This document shows, one piece after another, positions 1 to 4,077 of a DNA stretch of 4,709 nucleotides. The stretch comes from a virus (taxonomy: Duplodnaviria; Heunggongvirae; Uroviricota; Caudoviricetes). Location of the stretch: IMG/VR virus record IMGVR_UViG_2695420847_000008. One strand, given 5' to 3'. Below the pieces are notes generated by a model. That model was not told where the DNA came from and made no database searches. It saw only the letters and a program-made list of their open reading frames with translations. The translations under genes were made by a program, and so were the position numbers. Positions within the stretch are counted from its first letter, which is position 1. The number at the start of each line of letters is the position of its first letter.

Positions 1-126
1 CTGTGTCGGGAGCATCACAACGAGCTTCATGCGGATCCGCTGGCGTTCGAAGAAAAGCATGGTTCCCAGGTTGATTTAATTTTTCGTTTTCTTGATCACG
101 CCTTTGCGACTGGCGTGCTCGGGTAA
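1..126 (+). CDS. 3' end of an upstream phage gene (5' end outside window); Cys/His-rich C-terminal tail, possibly nuclease-like (NinG/YdfU-type position)
   Basis: Frame 1 is open from base 1 to TAA at 124-126. Translation: LCREHHNELHADPLAFEEKHGSQVDLIFRFLDHAFATGVLG*. The CxxHHxxxH spacing is reminiscent of HNH-type metal-binding motifs. Position directly upstream of rusA fits a lambdoid nin region. Family assignment is from memory only. Confidence 0.4.
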   Translation: MCREHHNELHADPLAFEEKHGSQVDLIFRFLDHAFATGVLG

Positions 127-138
127 AAGAGGTGACTG

Positions 139-498
139 ATGCTCATAGAGTTTGTTTTGCCTTACCCGCCGACGGTGAACACCTACTGGCGACGTCGTGG
201 CAGCACATATTTTGTATCAAAAGCCGGTGAGCGTTATCGCCGGGCTGTGGCGCTTATTGTTCGCCAGCAGCGGCTGAAATTAAGCCTGTCCGGAAGGCTG
301 GCGATAAAGGTGATTGCAGAGCCACCGGATAAGCGTCGTCGCGACCTGGACAACATTCTGAAAGCACCGCTGGATGCGCTGACGCATGCGGGAGTGCTCA
401 TTGATGACGAGCAGTTTGATGAAATCAATATTGTACGTGGTCAGCCAGTATCTGGTGGACGGCTGGGTGTGAAGATTTACAAAATTGAGAGTGAGTGA
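139..498 (+). CDS. rusA: RusA-family Holliday junction resolvase (crossover junction endodeoxyribonuclease)
   Basis: 119-aa ORF with ATG at 139 and an AAGAGG Shine-Dalgarno at 127-132 (6-nt spacing). The protein carries the RRRDLDN acidic motif and a later LIDDEQ acidic patch, matching my recollection of E. coli RusA (about 120 aa, same motif positions). Stop TGA at 496-498. Confidence 0.88.
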   Translation: MLIEFVLPYPPTVNTYWRRRGSTYFVSKAGERYRRAVALIVRQQRLKLSLSGRLAIKVIAEPPDKRRRDLDNILKAPLDALTHAGVLIDDEQFDEINIVRGQPVSGGRLGVKIYKIESE

Positions 499-1058
499 GC
501 GTAAATATGATATATCCGGAAATTACAGGCAAAAGCGGCGAACATTTACGCCTGAACACGCTGGAAGCAGTCTGGATCCAGGGGAAATTACGGATGTGGG
601 GGCGGTGGTCGTATATCGGTGGGGGTAAATCCGGAAATATGTTTAACCGGTTACTGGTTTCGAAAAAGCTGACGAAAACAGCAGTTAATGAGGTTTTACG
701 CAGAATGAAGAAATCCGGGCTGGAAAAAACGGAACTTGAGGCATTTTTTCGGGATATGACAAGAGGAAAGCAGAAGAGCTGGTTGTCACATTGTACAGAC
801 ACAGAGGCGTTGATTATTGATCGCGTTATCAGTGAGGTGCTTGGGGAATATCCCGGGCTAATCAATGTTCTCCGGCAAAGGTACGAAGGACGGGGAATGA
901 GCAAACTGAAAATGGCCGAAAGGTTAAATGCAGATCATCCTGATTGGTCGTTGGTTACGTGCAGACGCCGAATTGATCAATGGTTGGGGGTATCTGAATT
1001 TATGTTATATGCCCCCATGCGCATGGCTTTTGTTACAGAGAAAAATGTTGCAAACTGA
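495..1058 (+). CDS. Putative late-gene antiterminator Q (Phage_antitermQ-like)
   Basis: 187-aa ORF from GTG at 495, overlapping the rusA stop in a GTGA arrangement; an alternative ATG start lies at 507. The gene sits immediately upstream of a terminator-containing non-coding stretch, the canonical Q position. The residue pattern (W..W...GNMFNRLL; TDTEALIIDRVISEVLGEYPGLINVLRQRY; RRRIDQWLGVSEFML) resembles QuuD-type Q proteins as I remember them. No search was run. Confidence 0.55.
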   Translation: MSVNMIYPEITGKSGEHLRLNTLEAVWIQGKLRMWGRWSYIGGGKSGNMFNRLLVSKKLTKTAVNEVLRRMKKSGLEKTELEAFFRDMTRGKQKSWLSHCTDTEALIIDRVISEVLGEYPGLINVLRQRYEGRGMSKLKMAERLNADHPDWSLVTCRRRIDQWLGVSEFMLYAPMRMAFVTEKNVAN

Positions 1059-1085
1059 TCAATAAACTGCTTCAATCCGTATAAG
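1056..1085 (+). promoter_or_regulatory. Candidate late promoter (pR'-like): -35-like TGATCA at 1056-1061, -10-like TATAAG at 1080-1085
   Basis: Hexamers read directly from the sequence with an 18-bp spacer, located between the Q stop and a downstream intrinsic terminator as in lambda pR'/tR'. The match to consensus is weak. Confidence 0.2.
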
Positions 1086-1137
1086 CTTCGCAAAGCTGTA
1101 TCGCGAGGCGAAACGCAAGTTTTTTTCGCACAAGGAA

Positions 1138-1159
1138 GCCACCGGAAGGTGGTTTTTTT
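1138..1159 (+). terminator. Rho-independent terminator (tR'-like) downstream of the Q-like gene
   Basis: GC-rich stem CCACC (1139-1143) / GGTGG (1148-1152) with a GGAA tetraloop, followed by 7 T (1153-1159). A weaker stem (GCG-AAA-CGC) plus T7 run lies just upstream at about 1107-1126. Confidence 0.55.
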
Positions 1160-1282
1160 GTGTCCGCGATATACAGTAGCGCAATAAATTCGCTGGTGGT
1201 TATTAATACCGTTCTTTCAGCTTGCTGGCTTTTTCGACAAGAGTTATTGGTGTGTCACGTTAACCGGAAAAGGGAAAAAGAC

Positions 1283-1480
1283 ATGCTAAAACAGCAGGAT
1301 ATGACAGAAACCGCCAGAGTGGTGTTTAATGAATTAAGCGTTACCGAACCGGCGACAGTCGGGGAGATAGCGCAGAATACTTACCTTTCACGCGAACGCT
1401 GCCAGTTAATACTGACTCAGCTGGTTATGGCGGGTCTGGCAGACTATCAGTTCGGTTGTTACAGACGCCTTCCGCAGTGA
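1283..1480 (+). CDS. Small (65 aa) hypothetical protein with a predicted winged-helix/HTH DNA-binding fold (PapI/FaeA- or MarR-like pattern)
   Basis: ATG at 1283 preceded by AGGG at 1271-1274 (8-nt spacing); stop TGA at 1478-1480. The listed ORF start at 1160 (GTG) abuts the terminator T-run and has no RBS, so the shorter start is preferred. Sequence TVGEIAQNTYLSRERCQLILTQLVMAGLADY has the helix-turn-helix plus Gly-containing wing pattern of small wHTH regulators. Homology is not verified. Confidence 0.45.
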   Translation: MLKQQDMTETARVVFNELSVTEPATVGEIAQNTYLSRERCQLILTQLVMAGLADYQFGCYRRLPQ

Positions 1481-1494
1481 AGGCTTTTTTATTT
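1467..1494 (+). terminator. Rho-independent terminator at the end of the small ORF
   Basis: Stem GCCTTC (1467-1472) / GAAGGC (1479-1484) with a 6-nt loop containing the TGA stop, followed by TTTTTTATTT. An identical copy lies at 2179-2206 inside the duplicated segment. Confidence 0.55.
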
Positions 1495-1507
1495 GTGGTA
1501 AATGGGC

Positions 1508-1538
1508 GGCTGGTGGGTGTTAGGGGCACCCACCAGCC
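1508..1538 (+). promoter_or_regulatory. Perfect 12-bp inverted repeat (GGCTGGTGGGTG-N7-CACCCACCAGCC) in the methyltransferase leader
   Basis: Read directly: 1508-1519 is the exact reverse complement of 1527-1538, with a 7-nt spacer TTAGGGG. A second hairpin (CTGCTTT-GCGCA-AAAGCAG) lies at 1580-1598. Both are repeated 712 bp downstream (2220-2250 and 2292-2310). Confidence 0.4.
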
Positions 1539-1630
1539 ATCTGCTCATGCGTTGGGTTCACAAGCAAACCTCAGGCCCACTGCTTTGCGCAAAAGCAGAA
1601 TGAGCCTATCAGAGACAGGCTTAATGATCC

Positions 1631-2350
1631 ATGCTTAATACTGTAAAAATATCCAGTTGTAAGTTAATCAACGCTGATTGCCTGGAATTTATCCAGACCT
1701 TACCGGAAAACTCTGTCGATCTGATAGTCACAGACCCGCCATACTTTAAAGTGAAGCCCGAGGGCTGGGATAACCAGTGGAAGGGCGACGATGATTACCT
1801 GAAGTGGCTGGACCAGTGTCTGGCGCAGTTCTGGCGGGTGCTGAAACCTGCCGGAAGTCTTTACCTGTTCTGTGGCCATCGCCTGGCATCTGATATCGAA
1901 ATCATGATGCGTGAACGCTTCAGTGTGCTGAACCATATTATCTGGGCGAAGCCGTCCGGACGCTGGAACGGATGCAACAAGGAAAGCCTGCGGGCGTATT
2001 TCCCCGCCACAGAGCGCATTCTGTTCGCGGAACATTATCAGGGGCCGTATCGTCCGAAAGATGCCGGGTATGCGGCGAAGGGCAGTGCACTGAAACAGCA
2101 TGTGATGGCCCCGCTGATTTCTTACTTTCGTGATGCGCGAGGCGGGTCTGGCAGACTATCAGTTCGGTTGTTACAGACGCCTTCCGCAGTGAAGGCTTTT
2201 TTATTTGTGGTAAATGGGCGGCTGGTGGGTGTTAGGGGCACCCACCAGCCATCTGCTCATGCGTTGGGTTCACAAGCAAACCTCAGGCCCACTGCTTTGC
2301 GCAAAAGCAGAATGAGCCTATCAGAGACAGGCTTAATGATCCATGCTTAA
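1631..2350 (+). pseudogene. Truncated N-terminal fragment of a DNA methyltransferase (about 170 aa authentic sequence plus about 69 aa out-of-frame extension), created by the tandem duplication
   Basis: The 239-aa ORF matches the intact gene through ...PLISYFRDAR, then reads the duplicated small-ORF tail and leader out of frame (GGSGRLSVRLLQTPSAVKAF...), stopping at TAA 2348-2350. It retains the DPPY catalytic motif but lacks the C-terminal FxGxG AdoMet-binding motif. Confidence 0.7.
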
Positions 2351-2852
2351 TACTGTAAAAATATCCAGTTGTGAGTTAATCAACGCCGACTGCCTGGAAT
2401 TTATCCGGTCGTTACCCGAAAATTCTGTTGACCTGATAGTCACGGACCCGCCGTACTTTAAAGTGAAGCCTGAGGGCTGGGATAACCAGTGGAAGGGCGA
2501 CGATGATTACCTGAAGTGGCTGGACCAGTGTCTGGCGCAGTTCTGGCGGGTGCTGAAACCTGCCGGAAGTCTTTACCTGTTCTGTGGTCATCGCCTGGCA
2601 TCTGATATCGAAATCATGATGCGTGAACGCTTCAGTGTGCTGAACCATATTATCTGGGCGAAGCCGTCCGGACGCTGGAACGGATGCAACAAGGAAAGCC
2701 TGCGGGCGTATTTCCCCGCCACAGAGCGCATTCTGTTCGCGGAACATTATCAGGGGCCGTATCGTCCGAAAGATGCCGGGTATGCGGCGAAGGGCAGTGC
2801 ACTGAAACAGCATGTGATGGCCCCGCTGATTTCTTACTTTCGTGATGCGCGT
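2141..2852 (+). repeat. Tandem direct duplication, copy 2 (712 bp), continuing into the intact methyltransferase gene
   Basis: See copy 1. After 2851 the sequence continues with TGCTGCTCTGGGG (intact gene), whereas copy 1 is followed by the duplicated GGCGGGTCTGG segment. Confidence 0.85.
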
Positions 2853-3401
2853 GCTGCTCTGGGGATAACGGCAAAACAGATTGCAGATGCCACAGGAAAG
2901 AAAAACATGGTGTCGCACTGGTTCAGTGCCAGTCAGTGGCAGCTACCGAACGAAAGCGATTATCTGAAATTACAGTCGCTGTTTGCCCGGGTGGCAGAAG
3001 AGAAACATCAGCGGGGTGAACTGGAAAAGCCACATCACCAACTGGTCAGCACATACAGTGAGCTGAACCGGCAGTATACGGAACTGCTGAGTGAATATAA
3101 AAATTTGCGGCGGTATTTCGGTGTGACGGTGCAGGTGCCGTACACCGATGTGTGGACGTACAAACCGGTGCAGTACTATCCAGGGAAACATCCGTGCGAA
3201 AAACCGGCAGAAATGTTGCAGCAGATAATCAGCGCAAGCAGTCGTCCGGGAGACCTGGTTGCAGATTTCTTCATGGGGTCGGGGGCGACAGTGAAAGCAG
3301 CGATGGCGCTGGGACGTCGTGCAACTGGCGTTGAACTGGAGACTGAACGTTTTGAGCAGACGGTGCGGGAAGTACAGGATTTAATCATTCGTAACGGATG
3401 A
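2343..3401 (+). CDS. DNA methyltransferase, N6-adenine/N4-cytosine family (beta-class permuted; PF01555-like), probably an orphan phage N6-adenine MTase
   Basis: 352-aa ORF. The N-terminal region has DLIVTDPPYF (motif IV, DPPY) and RVLKPAGSLYLF. The C-terminal region has KHPCEKPAEMLQQII...GDLVADFFMGSGATVKAAMALGRRATGVE (motif I FxGxG, AdoMet binding). This order of motifs is typical of beta-class amino-MTases. A middle segment (AALGITAKQIADATGKKNMVSHW) looks HTH-like. No adjacent restriction endonuclease gene is visible. Confidence 0.88.
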   Translation: MLNTVKISSCELINADCLEFIRSLPENSVDLIVTDPPYFKVKPEGWDNQWKGDDDYLKWLDQCLAQFWRVLKPAGSLYLFCGHRLASDIEIMMRERFSVLNHIIWAKPSGRWNGCNKESLRAYFPATERILFAEHYQGPYRPKDAGYAAKGSALKQHVMAPLISYFRDARAALGITAKQIADATGKKNMVSHWFSASQWQLPNESDYLKLQSLFARVAEEKHQRGELEKPHHQLVSTYSELNRQYTELLSEYKNLRRYFGVTVQVPYTDVWTYKPVQYYPGKHPCEKPAEMLQQIISASSRPGDLVADFFMGSGATVKAAMALGRRATGVELETERFEQTVREVQDLIIRNG

Positions 3402-3441
3402 GATTGCGGAGTTAATCATGCGTCGTTATTATTCAGCAATC

Positions 3442-3517
3442 GGCCCTTTAGCTCAGTGGTGAGAGCGAGCGACTCATAATCGCCAGGTCGCTGGTTCAAA
3501 TCCAGCAAGGGCCACCA
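3442..3517 (+). tRNA. tRNA with CAU anticodon, most likely tRNA-Ile2 (lysidine type, ileX/ileZ-like), alternatively tRNA-Met
   Basis: Manual cloverleaf: acceptor GGCCCTT/AAGGGCC, D-arm GCTC-AGTGGTGA-GAGC, anticodon loop CTCATAA (anticodon CAT), T-arm GCTGG-TTCAAAT-CCAGC, discriminator A and an encoded CCA. The sequence closely resembles E. coli ileX as I recall it. Confidence 0.8.
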
Positions 3518-3524
3518 TCACATA

Positions 3525-3601
3525 CCGCCATTAGCTCATCAGGAAAGAGCGCCAGCTTTCGAAGCTGGTTGCGCGGAGTTCGGGTCCCCGAAGGCGGTCC
3601 A
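3525..3601 (+). tRNA. tRNA-Arg (anticodon UCG), with non-canonical features; possibly degenerate
   Basis: Manual fold: D-arm GCTC-ATCAGGAAA-GAGC; anticodon arm CCAGC-TTTCGAA-GCTGG (anticodon TCG); T-loop TTCGGGT; 3' TCCA. Irregularities: A-A mismatch in the acceptor stem (position 6:67), A-C mismatch in the T-stem, and G rather than A at position 58. Confidence 0.55.
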
Positions 3602-3614
3602 TTATCTGTATCCT

Positions 3615-3691
3615 GCGTTGTTAGCTCAGCCGGACAGAGCAATTGCCTTCTAAGCAATCGGTCACTGGTTCGAATCCAGTACAACGCGCCA
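3615..3691 (+). tRNA. tRNA-Arg (anticodon UCU, reads AGA/AGG)
   Basis: Manual cloverleaf: acceptor GCGTTGT/ACAACGC, D-arm GCTC-AGCCGGACA-GAGC, anticodon arm ATTGC-CTTCTAA-GCAAT (anticodon TCT), T-arm ACTGG-TTCGAAT-CCAGT, discriminator G and an encoded CCA. Architecture resembles argU. Confidence 0.85.
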
Positions 3692-3705
3692 CACTTATTT
3701 TCCCT

Positions 3706-3731
3706 GGCTCGCTTTTGCGGGCCTTTTTTTT
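3706..3731 (+). terminator. Rho-independent terminator downstream of the tRNA cluster
   Basis: 7-bp stem GGCTCGC (3706-3712) / GCGGGCC (3717-3723) with one G-U pair and a TTTT loop, followed by 8 T (3724-3731). Confidence 0.65.
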
Positions 3732-3964
3732 AAATATCTCACAATTCAGGCGGTTGACTGTTGTCTGGTTTGCGGGGAGTTTGTTAAAAGAAACTGGCAT
3801 GGTGAATCCCCCTGTGCGGAGGGGCGATCAGCAACCAGGTATATGGGATAATCGCGGATTCAGGTGCTGATACTGAATTCACCGGGAGGCACCCGGCACC
3901 ATGCTTTGCCACAAAAGTGTTGTTTCTGTTTTTCTCAAACTATCATCGTTATCCCTTTATTTCC

Positions 3965-3991
3965 GGCTGCGCATGGCGTGGCCTTTTTTTT
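3965..3991 (+). terminator. Possible second rho-independent terminator in the tRNA-to-nanS gap
   Basis: Stem GGCTGCGC (3965-3972) / GCGTGGCC (3976-3983), 8 bp including two G-U wobbles, with a 3-nt loop, followed by 8 T (3984-3991). Confidence 0.4.
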
Positions 3992-4077
3992 ACGACCAGC
4001 CACTGGCAGATGGCCATCCTGTAATTTGATTCCGGTTCCGGCTTTTTAACTCTGTTCCTGTACACGGGAGAAATTCG

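Larger units (their letters stand above)
1429..2140 (+). repeat. Tandem direct duplication, copy 1 (712 bp): tail of small ORF, terminator, leader and 5' 509 bp of the methyltransferase gene
   Basis: Manual alignment at a 712-bp offset. 1429-1630 looks identical to 2141-2342. The gene portion 1631-2139 matches 2343-2851 except for about 14 substitutions. The junction reads GATGCGCG-A-GGCGGGTCTGG at about 2139-2141. Confidence 0.85.

Noticed and set aside
234-428. 64-aa minus-strand ORF inside rusA
   Set aside because: Antisense to the conserved rusA coding sequence, with no start context or motif.
425-904. 159-aa ORF on the minus strand overlapping the Q-like gene
   Set aside because: It is entirely antisense to a well-supported + strand gene, has a low-complexity Ser/Pro-rich composition and no recognisable RBS or motif. 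It is most likely a spurious antisense frame.
1160-1282. N-terminal extension of the small ORF from GTG at 1160 (106-aa version)
   Set aside because: The GTG sits directly after the terminator T-run with no Shine-Dalgarno, whereas the internal ATG at 1283 has an AGGG box at suitable spacing. The extension is probably untranslated leader, though its hydrophobic sequence means a longer membrane-associated product cannot be fully excluded.
1456-1638. 60-aa + strand ORF in the methyltransferase leader
   Set aside because: It spans the terminator hairpin and the inverted-repeat leader, has no RBS, and is the same reading frame that forms the out-of-frame tail of the truncated methyltransferase. 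It is a by-product of the non-coding sequence.
1700-2101. 133-aa minus-strand ORF, and its duplicate at 2412-2918 (168 aa)
   Set aside because: Both are antisense to the methyltransferase coding sequence and exist twice only because of the duplication. They have no independent coding signals.
2650-3388. Short overlapping ORFs within the methyltransferase gene (2650-2874 -, 2970-3191 -, 3152-3334 +, 3176-3388 -)
   Set aside because: Alternate-frame or antisense ORFs inside a clearly coding region with strong motif support in the + frame. None has an RBS or a recognisable motif.
3496-3870. ORFs overlapping the tRNA cassette (3496-3684 - and 3643-3870 +)
   Set aside because: They overlap three well-folded tRNA genes and a terminator, so they are incompatible with the RNA genes and have no coding signals.
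3864-4049. 61-aa + strand ORF in the tRNA-to-nanS gap
   Set aside because: Low-complexity, Cys/Phe/Pro-rich translation with no Shine-Dalgarno, and it spans a terminator-like hairpin and T8 run. More likely non-coding structured sequence.
3692-4077. Shiga toxin genes (stxA/stxB) in the expected slot between the tRNAs and nanS-p
   Set aside because: Only 345 bp of non-coding sequence is present here, with no ORF of toxin size or character. The prophage segment is toxin-less at this position.
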